From IMG/VR virus record IMGVR_UViG_2877973648_000004: a stretch of 44,570 nucleotides of DNA, one strand, 5' to 3'. A program made the position numbers and the translations under genes. The notes beneath the pieces were generated by a model. That model was not told the DNA's origin. It worked only from the letters and a program-made list of their open reading frames with translations, and did no database searches. The DNA is from a virus. Taxonomy: Duplodnaviria; Heunggongvirae; Uroviricota; Caudoviricetes. Of the stretch, positions 35,364 to 44,570 are shown in pieces. Position 1 is the first letter of the stretch. Each line of letters starts with the position of its first letter.

Positions 35364-35465
35364 GTGCTTCTCCTGCTTATTGATAGCAGAAGTAAACCAC
35401 AGATTTATACTTTATGCAAACTTTGGATTTATTGCGTGCATAAACCAAATATTTACAATGACCAT
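35364..35465. promoter_or_regulatory. Immunity switch intergenic region (divergent promoters and operator-like inverted repeats)
   Basis: TTTATGCA...TGCATAAA inverted repeats; TTGCGT-16-TACAAT promoter-like element ending about 7 nt before the repressor ATG. Confidence 0.5.
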
Positions 35466-35849
35466 ATGAGAAAAGAAGAACCCAACCTCGTTCTGGTGGA
35501 GCGCCTTACTGAGATCACTGATCGCGGCGTTACCAAAGCAGACATGGCAAGAATAGCTGGAGTCACCCCTCAGGCCGTAAACGGCTGGTTCAAAAAAGGC
35601 GTGATTAGTAAGAAATCGGCACTGGCCATAGCCGACGCTGTTGGTATTTCTGTCGCCTGGCTACTCGGTGAAGACGTTGGGGAGAAAGACGGTCTCAAAC
35701 CGGACGAACAGCGTTTGCTCGAGCTCTACCGCCAGCTGCCAGAAGAAGAGCAACAGAACATGCTCCGCATCTTTTCGATACGTCTTAAGGAACTGGATGA
35801 GCTGTATGAGAAGTACATGAAGGGGCGGATTCGCTCGCAGGGGGACTGA
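35466..35849 (+). CDS. CI-like repressor, short HTH-only form (no LexA-like peptidase domain)
   Basis: 127 aa; HTH-like segment VTKADMARIAGVTPQAVNGWFKKG; too short to carry a peptidase domain. Confidence 0.65.
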   Translation: MRKEEPNLVLVERLTEITDRGVTKADMARIAGVTPQAVNGWFKKGVISKKSALAIADAVGISVAWLLGEDVGEKDGLKPDEQRLLELYRQLPEEEQQNMLRIFSIRLKELDELYEKYMKGRIRSQGD

Positions 35850-35990
35850 ATCGCTTTAGGTTTGTCCTGAATTTTTAGTTCCCATGAGACAATGATGTCT
35901 TTACTGGGGGGTGATTCCGCCATTTATGTTAGATTGAAAAAAACTATCAATTTAATTAATATTTATCACTACTACACGGGATGTTTTGCA

Positions 35991-37295
35991 ATGACAGCTG
36001 AGATTGTTGTAATAAATAATACTGGAATCGCCCTTGCTGCTGACTCTGCAGTCACCACAGAGCATAATAGATTAGTAAAAATAAATAATAGTGCGGAAAA
36101 ACTATTCGAACTATCTAAACACCATCCCGTGGGGATCATGATTTATAATAATGCGACACTGGGTGGCGCACCGTGGGAACTTATAATTAAATCCTATAGA
36201 AAACAATTGGGGAAAACTAGTTTCCCTACCATTAAAGAATATGTTAATGACTTTGTAAAATTCATCAATGGTAACTCAGACCTTATAACAAATGAAATGA
36301 GAGAGGCTTGCGTTATAAACCTTGTTGTTGATAACCTCAAAGGTTTGATGAGATACATTAATGATAATAATGTAGTAAACTATTTAACAATGAACCCCGC
36401 CGTTGAACTCGACAATGTTATTTTTCAAAACATAGTTAAGCAAGCCTTTGATTTAGAGATAGGAATCTTAAGGAATAATCTCTTTTTCGAAGGGTTTGAT
36501 ACAGAAGAGTTTAATGATGCTTTAGCATATATACAAGATTTAATATCGCCATACATTTCATCAATTATTGTTCTTGATAACTGTGAAAATATACAGCAAG
36601 AGCTTATGGAAAAAGTCATATTATATTCCACTTGTTTAATTTTCAAAGTCCATGCTAGTCGTACATATTCAGGGATTGTTATAACAGGTTATGGAGAGGA
36701 AGAATATTACCCTTCCATTTGCACTCTTCATATCTACGGCATTTTTAAAAACAAATTGATGATCCATAATATTGATGAGAAATCCCATAATGAGGTAACC
36801 AATATGGGGTTTGTTATACCATTTGCTCAAGAAGATGAAGTAGTAACTTTCATTGATGGGTGCAACCCTAACATCATTAATTTTAACAGAACTCTTACAG
36901 AGGAAGTTTTTGATCGGCTTAATCATTATGTTTCTAGCAATATTTTCCCTGCAATGAACAATGGAGTACTAGCCAATCACTTCTCCAGTGAAATTGAGGA
37001 ACTCAAAAACGTACTTTTACAAGATCACGATACTAAACTTGAAAGCTATATTGTTAATAACCATACAAATAAAATGATATCGATGTTGCAATCACTTGGG
37101 AAGGCAGATCTTGCGTATATGGCCGAATCATTAGTGAACATCACTGCATTCAAAAGAAAAGTATCACATGATTATGAAACTGTCGGTGGGCCTGTTGATG
37201 TCGCTGTGATATCAAAAGTTGATGGATTTGTTTGGGTAAATCGTAAACACTACTTCCCTAAAGAGCTAAACTCTAACTACTTTAATCGTCAATAA
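35991..37295 (+). CDS. Large AT-rich protein with N-terminal proteasome-beta/HslV-like Ntn-hydrolase domain
   Basis: Track ORF 35892-37295; from internal Met the sequence is M-TAEIVVINNTGIALAADSAVT...EKLFEL...VGIMIYNNATLGG, matching proteasome-beta Thr1/Gly11/Asp17/Lys~33 spacing; very low GC. Confidence 0.5.
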   Translation: MTAEIVVINNTGIALAADSAVTTEHNRLVKINNSAEKLFELSKHHPVGIMIYNNATLGGAPWELIIKSYRKQLGKTSFPTIKEYVNDFVKFINGNSDLITNEMREACVINLVVDNLKGLMRYINDNNVVNYLTMNPAVELDNVIFQNIVKQAFDLEIGILRNNLFFEGFDTEEFNDALAYIQDLISPYISSIIVLDNCENIQQELMEKVILYSTCLIFKVHASRTYSGIVITGYGEEEYYPSICTLHIYGIFKNKLMIHNIDEKSHNEVTNMGFVIPFAQEDEVVTFIDGCNPNIINFNRTLTEEVFDRLNHYVSSNIFPAMNNGVLANHFSSEIEELKNVLLQDHDTKLESYIVNNHTNKMISMLQSLGKADLAYMAESLVNITAFKRKVSHDYETVGGPVDVAVISKVDGFVWVNRKHYFPKELNSNYFNRQ

Positions 37296-37312
37296 CACAT
37301 AAGGAGATATTA

Positions 37313-37417
37313 ATGTCTATAAAGCAAGCTCTCAATAACGCTTATAAAATCATTGTAAATCAAAAATTTGGTAATAAAGAACAGCAGCACTCGCCGAAAG
37401 GATTTAACCAGCAGTAA
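37313..37417 (+). CDS. Small ORF (about 34 aa) downstream of the proteasome-like gene
   Basis: AAGGAGA RBS 6 nt before ATG; predicted MSIKQALNNAYKIIVNQKFGNKEQQHSPKGFNQQ; frame depends on homopolymer reading. Confidence 0.3.
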   Translation: MSIKQALNNAYKIIVNQKFGNKEQQHSPKGFNQQ

Positions 37418-37420
37418 TGA

Positions 37421-37450
37421 AAAAACCCGGCCACAGCGCCGGGTTTTTTA
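37421..37450 (+). terminator. Rho-independent terminator of the repressor operon
   Basis: cccggc-cacagc-gccggg followed by tttttt on the plus strand. Confidence 0.55.
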
Positions 37451-37602
37451 CACCCTCACCCACCATCTCAGCCGCCAACACCCAGCCACGAAGTCCCCGA
37501 TCTCGACCTTAGCGTCGGGATTTTTTTTGCCTGCGATTCTGCAGACGTGTCACAAAACCCAGCCACATAAACCTCAGATTTACAATTAACACCAACCTTA
37601 AG

Positions 37603-37631
37603 TTGACATATATATAAACCAGTGATTTAAT
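37603..37631 (+). promoter_or_regulatory. Sigma70-like promoter (candidate pL-equivalent)
   Basis: TTGACA, 17-nt spacer, TTTAAT on the plus strand, pointing into the recET-side early genes. Confidence 0.45.
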
Positions 37632-37784
37632 CTAACTCACCAAGACGCACCACGAACCACCCAGGCATGGAGCCCACGAAGTAGCCGTCCGGGGCATACG
37701 AAAACCGGAATGAGGTGGTGATATTAACGCGCAGTAGGTTTGAAACGTTCCGCCAGCCTGGCGACAAGGGCAAAGGAGATTGAG

Positions 37785-38054
37785 ATGAAAGGTAATACGA
37801 AGAAAACAGGAATGATCGGCTTTGGAGCGTGCTGGGCACGTAAATTCGATTCACGCCAAAAGCCAATGCAACTCCCGAGTTCGCGGTCGGATGGCGGGAA
37901 AGGATCAAACAGCCCTGAAGCAAAACACCATCGTCGCGCCCAGCAGAGATTCAACAAAACAGGCGGCATTCCTCGTGGCAAAGCCTACGTGAAAATGTAC
38001 CGCCTGGGATATCGCAGTGAGAGCCGAAAAGACCTTATGCGAGCGACTCAATAG
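37785..38054 (+). CDS. Basic hypothetical protein (first gene after the promoter)
   Basis: About 89 aa from AAGGAG-ATG (MKGNTKKTG); Arg/Lys-rich C-terminus; function unknown. Confidence 0.4.
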   Translation: MKGNTKKTGMIGFGACWARKFDSRQKPMQLPSSRSDGGKGSNSPEAKHHRRAQQRFNKTGGIPRGKAYVKMYRLGYRSESRKDLMRATQ

Positions 38055-38328
38055 GTTTCAGAGCTAACGGCTGATCATGTTCCGGCACATATCGCTCTTT
38101 GACGATAACTGCCAATTTTTGTTTAGCCACAGGGTCGTCTGTTGATGTAACGAGGCTGTTTATCTGTTCTGAAAGTGAAAACCATCCGTGTGTATCGCAA
38201 ACATAAACCACTGATGGAACTTCACGAATAGTTGGTGGATTTACTTTGATGTTAACCAACTGATTTGTCTGGTTAAAAGACAAAGCGCCTTCACCACAAA
38301 TAGGACATGGCTTAGTTACTGATTTCAT
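38035..38328 (-). CDS. Small zinc-ribbon-like protein
   Basis: 97 aa, AAGGAA RBS, CPIC...C.THG motif. Confidence 0.45.
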   Translation of the reverse strand: MKSVTKPCPICGEGALSFNQTNQLVNIKVNPPTIREVPSVVYVCDTHGWFSLSEQINSLVTSTDDPVAKQKLAVIVKERYVPEHDQPLALKPIESLA

Positions 38329-38414
38329 AGTTATTCCTTGCTGGCTGTGTGAGAACTACCAGCATACCACCGAGCCTGAAGTGGATAAAAGACAGGCATA
38401 ACAAGGAGATCAAT

Positions 38415-38531
38415 ATGATTGATTTTGCCAGAAGACCAACCCGGCAGCAGGCCGTAAAACTGAACTGGGCAGAAGTGTTTGTTCGCCGCCTCTGTTATCT
38501 GCTGGCACAGAAGGGGAATCCTGATGTGTAA
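38415..38531 (+). CDS. Small hypothetical protein
   Basis: About 38 aa, AAGGAGA RBS before ATG (MIDFARRPTRQQ). Confidence 0.35.
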   Translation: MIDFARRPTRQQAVKLNWAEVFVRRLCYLLAQKGNPDV

Positions 38532-38688
38532 CTCAAAGAAATGCGCGTACTGCCGCAAACCTATCGAGTCAGGGAAAGAAGTTAAAAACGTACTGCTCTT
38601 CATCAGCGGCGCCCAGCTGGCGCGCGAACAACGTGATTACTGTTCTGTGCGTTGCGCTTCGTACGACCAGATGGCCCACGAAGCCTAA
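38524..38688 (+). CDS. Small Cys-rich protein
   Basis: About 54 aa (MCNSKKCAYCRKP...YCSVRC); start overlaps the previous stop. Confidence 0.4.
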   Translation: MCNSKKCAYCRKPIESGKEVKNVLLFISGAQLAREQRDYCSVRCASYDQMAHEA

Positions 38689-38826
38689 CGTAAAACCCGC
38701 GCAAGGCGGGGTCTACGTCCGGTGCCACCGACCAAAGTTACACCGGAATTTATACCAAACCAAAAAACATCCAATGGGCGCTATCTCTGGCCCGGGGATT
38801 CTAACACTCAAAAAAGAGGATCTCAC

Positions 38827-41736
38827 ATGGAATTTTTCCATCTGATAAAAGCCAGTCAGAAGTCTGGCAAGAAAGATGCAGTGATTTGGTTCACTGCGAA
38901 AAGTGTAGCGCGCGCCAATCTCCAACTCGATGTGGCACTGGAAGAAGCCGGAATTGAAGAAACTGGCCGCGGTAAAGATTATGCCAAACCAATCCGCACC
39001 GATTTCCCGGTATATGACGACCTGCCGGAAGAAGGCGCAGTGGATTACACCTGGTGCAAACGCTACGAACTGCAGAACGATGACCGCACCTGGCTGCCAA
39101 AAGTCACAGCTGAAAACTCTGACGAGAAAACGGCTCAGACCGTTGATAGTCACATAACTACTGAGTCAACGCTGCCAGAAACCGCTGGCATCACGCTGGA
39201 CGAACACGACGACGACTCAACCCTCTACCCGGTAGTGCAGATGCCGTTTCGTAAGCAACTGCTTTCCCAGTTCACCGCCGACGAACTGCGCCACCACGTA
39301 ACCCGCGAAGAGTACGAAGCTATCGGCGCGCTGGAGATGGACACTGATAACAGTTACGTCCAGAACTTGCTGTTAGCTGCTGAGAACTGCCCGGACGTGA
39401 AGGGTTACGACACCAAAGACCTGTGGCGCTACACCGATGCCATTCGCAAAGTGTTCAGCCAGGACAAGCGTCACGAACTCGCGCTGGTACTCCGTTTCAC
39501 CAGAATGTGGGCGGCGACTGATTACATTGACCGTGGCATCCTGGCGCGTGAATGGGCTGCCGGTAATCACATCAGTAGTGTTCAGCGTACTGATTCCGGA
39601 ACCAATGCCAACGGCGGTTACGTCACTGACCGTGGACCTGATGCATACCATACCCTTGACACTCTCGATTTAGAGATTGCATGTGCCCTTCTGCCTATGG
39701 ACTTCAACCACTTCGAGATCCCGGGCAGCATTCTTCGTCGCGCTAAAGAAATCGTGACCAAAAAAGAAGAACCGTGGAAATCATGGAGCAGCATTCTGCG
39801 CAATCAACCCGGCGTTCTTGGCGTTAACCGCACAGCTATTTTTAACCTGATACGTATCGCGCCGGAAAATATTCATCTAACTCCTGTCGCTCACCTGGAG
39901 TTTGTTAACCGGACCATGACTGCTGCGTTTAATGCTGCTGTTGAGTTATTGCCATTGCATGAAGCTGAGCCCGCAACACAGGAAATTCCCCAACCTGAAA
40001 GTAAGGAGTCTCCACGCAAACCCTTCTGCACTCACGAAGAGAACCTGCAACGCGTACGTGAAGAAGAAGCACGCCGCCGCGCAGAGGAAGCGACAGCACA
40101 ACCACATAAAGCCGAACAAGAACTGGTTAAAAATGTCGGCAACGGAATATTCGATGTTACGGCTTTACTGCAGAACTCAGCAACTCATGGCACGAAACAG
40201 GCTACGGAAACCACCAGCAATGTGCAGGTTCAAGAAACTGTCAGTGATGAAAAAAATGTTGGTAATGAAATGCAGTCAGGCGAAAGCAGTCTGGAAACTG
40301 GTGAAGAGTCACATCCCGGCCAGCAGGCCGATGTAAACCAAAATACGGAATCTGTCGCTCAAAATAGCGATTCTGTAAACCAGACTGAACCAGTTTTGGC
40401 ACACGTCGAGCCAGAGGCGCAATCTGACGAACAAGCTGTTTTTTACCCCGATTACTTCGAGCCTGGGCGCTATGAAGGTCTGCCGAACGAGGTTTACCAC
40501 GCTGCCAACGGCATCAGTTCCACCCAGGTAAAAGATGCGCGCGTTTCGCTGATGTACTTCAATGCGCGCCACGTTGAGAAAACCATCGTCAAAGAGCGCT
40601 CCTCAGTGCTGGACATGGGAAACCTGGTACATGCGCTGGCGTTGCAGCCAGAACAGCTCGATGAAGAATTTAGCGTTGAACCCGTAATTCCGGAAGGTGC
40701 ATTTACCACCACGGCAACGATCCGCGCGTTTATTGATGAGTACAACGCCAGCCTGCCAGCGCAACTGAGCGCAGACGATATCAAAGCTTTGCTGGATGAA
40801 TACAACGCCACCCTGCCAGCGCTGGTGCCGCTGGGCGCTAGCCTGGATGAAACGGCGCAGAACTATATGGCGCTGCCAGCTGAATTCCAACGTATCGATG
40901 CAGATCAGAAGAAGACAGCAACAGCAATGAAGGCGTGCATCAAAGAGTACAACGCCACCCTGCCAGCGCAGATTAAAACCAGCGGCAGCCGCGACGCACT
41001 ACTCGAACAACTTGCGATTATCAATCCTGACCTGGTCGCGCAGGAAGCTCAGAAGCTGCAACCGCTGAAAGTCTCTGGCACGAAGGCCGATCTGATTCAG
41101 GCCGTAAAGGCAGTCAAACCAGATGCAGTGTTCGCCGACGAGCTGCTCGATGCGTGGCGCAACAACCCGGAAGGGAAAGTGCTGGTTACCCACCAGCAAC
41201 TTGCCACCGCGCAGGCAATTCAGTCAGCACTGCTCTCGCACCCGACCGCAGGCATGCTGCTAACCCACCCGAGCCGCGCCGTTGAGGTGAGCTACTTTGG
41301 CTTTGACGAGGAGACGGGACTGGAAGTTCGTGTGCGCCCTGACCTTGAGATCGACCTAGACGGCGTGCGTATCGGTGCTGACCTGAAAACCATCAGCATG
41401 TGGAATGTTAAGCAGGAAAGCCTGCGCGCCAGGCTACACCGGGAAATTATTGAACGTGATTATCACCTGAGCGCGGCTATGTACTGCGAAACCGCAGCGC
41501 TGGATCAGTTCTTCTGGATTTTCGTCAACAAAGACGAGAACTACCACTGGATCGCCATCATCGAGGCATCCGCTGAACTACTGGAGCTGGGTATGCTCGA
41601 GTACCGCAAAGCGATGCGCAATATCGCAACCGGATTCGACACAGGTGAATGGCCAGCGCCAATCACTGCTGACTACACCGACGAACTGAACGACTTCGAC
41701 CTGCGCCGCCTTGAAGCGCTGCGTACTCAGGCATAA
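38827..41736 (+). CDS. recE: RecE-like exonuclease VIII (putative)
   Basis: About 969 aa from AAGAGGA-ATG (MEFFHLIKAS), directly upstream of a RecT-like gene as in Rac; nuclease-like C-terminal region; internal 27-bp repeats. Confidence 0.55.
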   Translation: MEFFHLIKASQKSGKKDAVIWFTAKSVARANLQLDVALEEAGIEETGRGKDYAKPIRTDFPVYDDLPEEGAVDYTWCKRYELQNDDRTWLPKVTAENSDEKTAQTVDSHITTESTLPETAGITLDEHDDDSTLYPVVQMPFRKQLLSQFTADELRHHVTREEYEAIGALEMDTDNSYVQNLLLAAENCPDVKGYDTKDLWRYTDAIRKVFSQDKRHELALVLRFTRMWAATDYIDRGILAREWAAGNHISSVQRTDSGTNANGGYVTDRGPDAYHTLDTLDLEIACALLPMDFNHFEIPGSILRRAKEIVTKKEEPWKSWSSILRNQPGVLGVNRTAIFNLIRIAPENIHLTPVAHLEFVNRTMTAAFNAAVELLPLHEAEPATQEIPQPESKESPRKPFCTHEENLQRVREEEARRRAEEATAQPHKAEQELVKNVGNGIFDVTALLQNSATHGTKQATETTSNVQVQETVSDEKNVGNEMQSGESSLETGEESHPGQQADVNQNTESVAQNSDSVNQTEPVLAHVEPEAQSDEQAVFYPDYFEPGRYEGLPNEVYHAANGISSTQVKDARVSLMYFNARHVEKTIVKERSSVLDMGNLVHALALQPEQLDEEFSVEPVIPEGAFTTTATIRAFIDEYNASLPAQLSADDIKALLDEYNATLPALVPLGASLDETAQNYMALPAEFQRIDADQKKTATAMKACIKEYNATLPAQIKTSGSRDALLEQLAIINPDLVAQEAQKLQPLKVSGTKADLIQAVKAVKPDAVFADELLDAWRNNPEGKVLVTHQQLATAQAIQSALLSHPTAGMLLTHPSRAVEVSYFGFDEETGLEVRVRPDLEIDLDGVRIGADLKTISMWNVKQESLRARLHREIIERDYHLSAAMYCETAALDQFFWIFVNKDENYHWIAIIEASAELLELGMLEYRKAMRNIATGFDTGEWPAPITADYTDELNDFDLRRLEALRTQA

Positions 41737-41741
41737 GGGGA

Positions 41742-42848
41742 ATGATGATGGAAAACACGAATATCGTAACCGCTGAACAGCAGACTCCAAACACGATCTC
41801 AGCCAGCAATGCCATTTTCAACGTGCAGGCTTTAACCCAGCTTCAGTCTGTCGCCGGGTTGATGGCACAGGCAGCCGTAACGGTGCCTGAGCACCTCCGC
41901 GGCAATCCGGCAGACTGCATGGCCATCATCATGCAGGCGATGCAGTGGGGTATGAACCCTTACGCCGTGGCGCAAAAGACGCACCTGGTTAACGGTGTCC
42001 TGGGATACGAAGCGCAACTGGTTAATGCGGTGATCTCCAGCTCAAACGCCATCGTTGGCCGCTTTCACTATGAGTACGAGGGCGACTGGTCGAAATGTGC
42101 CAGCAGCCGCGAGATAACCATTAAAAAGCCTGCGAAAGGTGGCGGGACGTACGACAAGAAAGAAATGGTACGCGGTTGGGAAAGTGCTGATGAACAAGGA
42201 CTGTCGGTACGGGTAGGTGCCGTTATTCGCGGTGAAAGTGATATCACCTGGGGAGAGCCTGTTTTCCTCTCCAGCGTAATCACACGTAATTCTCCACTTT
42301 GGGTATCAAACCCGAAACAGCAGATCGCTTATCTGGCACTCAAATACTGGGCGCGCCTGTATTGCCCTGCAGTTGTTCTTGGTGTGTACACCCCTGATGA
42401 GATTGAACAGCGCACAGAAAAAGAGATCAACCCAACGCCGCAACGCGTTAGCCTGGCTGATATCTCAGGTGACACCGTCACAACCACGCAAAGCGCACAG
42501 GAATCGTCGGTAAATGTCGACTCTCTTGCCGATGATTTCCGCGAACGCATCGAATCTGCTCAGGACGTGGATAGCGCCAAATCGCTGCGTGCCGACATTG
42601 AAACGGCGAAAGCTACGCTGGGATCCGCACTATTCACCGAGCTGAAAAACAAAGCCGTAAAGCGTTATTACCTAGTGGATGCACGCAACAAGGTTGAGGA
42701 GGCTATTAAATCCCTGCCCCAGCCCGACGAGCCGCATGCATCCGAACGGTTCGCTGAAGCCGAGCGCATGCTTGCATCTTCAAAGCGTCACTTAGGCGAT
42801 GAACTGCACGATCAATTCAGCATCACCCTGGCGGATATGAAACCGTAA
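41742..42848 (+). CDS. recT: RecT-like single-strand annealing protein
   Basis: 368 aa; core resembles the RecT family by eye; paired with the recE-like gene. Confidence 0.6.
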   Translation: MMMENTNIVTAEQQTPNTISASNAIFNVQALTQLQSVAGLMAQAAVTVPEHLRGNPADCMAIIMQAMQWGMNPYAVAQKTHLVNGVLGYEAQLVNAVISSSNAIVGRFHYEYEGDWSKCASSREITIKKPAKGGGTYDKKEMVRGWESADEQGLSVRVGAVIRGESDITWGEPVFLSSVITRNSPLWVSNPKQQIAYLALKYWARLYCPAVVLGVYTPDEIEQRTEKEINPTPQRVSLADISGDTVTTTQSAQESSVNVDSLADDFRERIESAQDVDSAKSLRADIETAKATLGSALFTELKNKAVKRYYLVDARNKVEEAIKSLPQPDEPHASERFAEAERMLASSKRHLGDELHDQFSITLADMKP

Positions 42849-42867
42849 TACGTGGCCTGACGAGACC

Positions 42868-42885
42868 GGGAGGGGTAACCCTCCC
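42868..42885 (+). other. GC-rich perfect hairpin between recT and the downstream gene
   Basis: gggaggg-gtaa-ccctccc with no U-tract, immediately before AAGGAG-ATG of the next gene. Confidence 0.35.
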
Positions 42886-42898
42886 TCAAGGAGATTAT

Positions 42899-43141
42899 AT
42901 GCGACTGATCAATCGAGGAAGTAAGCAATCACCTTTAGCTCGCCAAGCATGCGACATCGCGCTGGCAGCTCACTTGCAAACATATGGCGACTATGGGCGA
43001 AGCAAGATGAAAGAGACTTATACGGTGAAGGTTGAAGGCGTGAAAGTCTGGGTGGAGGTGGTGAACCGAAAGGCGAGCTACGTGGCCACAGCGATGACCG
43101 GCATGCGCCGTCTCCGCTCCCTGCCCGGGCAGGTTGGTTGA
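42899..43141 (+). CDS. Hypothetical protein
   Basis: 80 aa, strong AAGGAG RBS. Confidence 0.45.
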   Translation: MRLINRGSKQSPLARQACDIALAAHLQTYGDYGRSKMKETYTVKVEGVKVWVEVVNRKASYVATAMTGMRRLRSLPGQVG

Positions 43142-43182
43142 AAAAGATTTTGAATGGCCCGAACGGGCAACTGGAGAGAGCT

Positions 43183-43380
43183 ATGGATGATATTTTGGTA
43201 ACGTCAGACCTGACCAGTCGCTACAAAATTTCACGCAAAACCCTTTGGTCATGGCAAAGTGCAGACACAATGCCTCGGGGCTTCGTATGCCCGTTCCCAC
43301 CCCCTGACTGGCCCGGCAACCCTAACCGCTGGCGCTCTGAGTCAATCAAAGAGTGGGAGGATAAAAAGAAGATAAATTAA
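43183..43380 (+). CDS. Excisionase-like HTH protein (AlpA/Xis-type, putative)
   Basis: About 65 aa from GGAGAGAG-ATG ([24 protein letters not shown]); convergent with and overlapping the integrase 3' end. Confidence 0.5.
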
Positions 43381-44570
43381 CTGAAGGGCTCTCCGATGAT
43401 CTCTTCAAGATGGCTCTGCCAAACGCGGAGCCAGTGTTTCTGATCATCGATATAGTCATGAAGGTTGTAATGCGCCATAACCCCCACCATCTGATGCCCG
43501 AGCAGCTTTTCAATTACGTGCGGCGGGCAACCTAACTCAGAGAGATTTGTGGCTATCGTCCGCCTCATATCATGAAGCGACCACTCTGCCATACCTGTTC
43601 CATTCCAAATAGAACGGGCGTAATTGGATGCCACAGGTGAATGAACGGGCGAATCTTTGATCCCGCCATCAATTTTACGTTGTGAAGTCACCAGGTGATT
43701 GGTGTTTATTTTCTTGAGGTGATTTCTGACCAGGTTAACGGCGGCGTCTGAGAGTCCCCTTCTAATATGTACCCGAGTTTTATAACTGCCCGCAGGCACG
43801 ACCCACTCATTATCATCCAATCGAAACCATGATCTCTCACTAAGTCGAATCTCAGCCGTACGGCATCCGGTAAGCATAATAAATTTCACCAGGAAAACGG
43901 ACTCTATCGACATATGGCTTTTCAACCACTGATAGATTTTGCGCAGATCGTCATCGTCCATCCTGCGAGTTCTCTTTTTAGGCTTTTGCCCGACATCAGA
44001 TGGCAGTAATCCCTCGAGTGGGTTTGAGGCGATCACACTTCTGTTAACGCAGAACCTAAACGCCCGTTTGCACAGCGAAAGCATGTAATGAGCCATCACC
44101 CTGCTTTCTATAGAATCGAAGACGTTGATCCAGTGCATTTTCGCTGTGTTATCGACTTTGACATTCTTCATCGGTTCGGCGATATGTTTCTCAAACACCT
44201 GGCGATAGTAATCGACTTTAACTAGCCCGTTAGCGATACAGTGCCTTTCAATCCAGTAATTGAACGCTTCGGCAACGGACATCGCTTCCTGTCGGGTCTG
44301 CTTATCCAGCTTCACCTGCTCTCGCGGATCCAGTCCCTCAGTTAACCAGTTTCTGAATTGTTGGCGACGCTCTCTTGCCTGGGTGATACTCATTGCAGGA
44401 TAATCACCAACATTGAGTTTTACCGCTTTACCGGCCCAGCGATACCGATAGAAAAATGATATTTTTCCGGCCTGGCTGATTCTGGCGTTGAGCCCGTGCG
44501 AATCAGAAATAATCTCGATATCATCTCTTTTCTTGCCGAGCGCCTTCCTGAGCTTTGTGTCGGTGATCAT
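43377..44570 (-). CDS. int: Tyrosine integrase (P4-like family)
   Basis: 397 aa; N-terminal DTKLRKA...ISDSHGL...YRYRW and C-terminal HDMRRT...LLGH...Y catalytic-region motifs; ATG is the last 3 bases of the window. Confidence 0.85.

Noticed and set aside
35892-35990. N-terminal 33-codon extension of the proteasome-like ORF
   Set aside because: My base-level reading found a stop in this stretch (homopolymer uncertainty), and the Thr nucleophile right after the internal Met fits Ntn-hydrolase biology, so I start the gene at about 35991.
38331-38603. 90-aa minus-strand ORF
   Set aside because: No RBS, odd composition, and it overlaps two plus-strand small genes that have strong RBSs.
1-44570. 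CRISPR array
   Set aside because: No series of regularly spaced identical direct repeats; the repeat clusters seen are explained as cos-like sites, iterons or in-gene repeats.

Overview
The window is almost entirely one lambdoid-type prophage of an enterobacterial host, running from a tyrosine integrase at the right edge (43377-44570) to a serine DNA invertase at the left edge (1-549). Neither attachment site is inside the window. Reading right to left: int/xis, a Rac-like recE/recT module, a rightward early region with a strong promoter, an immunity region (short HTH-only CI-like repressor divergent from a Cro-like gene), lambda O/P-like replication genes with iterons inside O, a nin-like region (NinG, a DinI-like gene behind a LexA box, several small genes), a Q-like antiterminator, a lysis cassette (holin, endolysin, Rz/Rz1), cos-like repeats, lambda-like packaging and head genes (Nu1/A/W/B/C/D/E analogues), then a Mu-like contractile tail and baseplate ending in an invertible tail-fibre segment. 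Several AT-rich cargo genes sit at classic moron positions. The strongest candidate for an undescribed system is a single large AT-rich gene directly downstream of the repressor (the rexAB-equivalent position) whose N-terminus looks like a proteasome-beta/HslV Ntn-hydrolase. A second candidate is a two-gene cargo operon encoding an unknown 216-aa protein plus a fused HTH/ImmA-IrrE-type metallopeptidase. Caveats: all protein calls are from recalled family motifs, not searches. ORF coordinates come from the supplied track, which evidently accepts GTG/TTG starts; where I saw an ATG with a Shine-Dalgarno I moved the start. Motif coordinates read by eye may be off by 1-2 nt, and my reading disagreed with the track by one base in at least one homopolymer run (near 35940).
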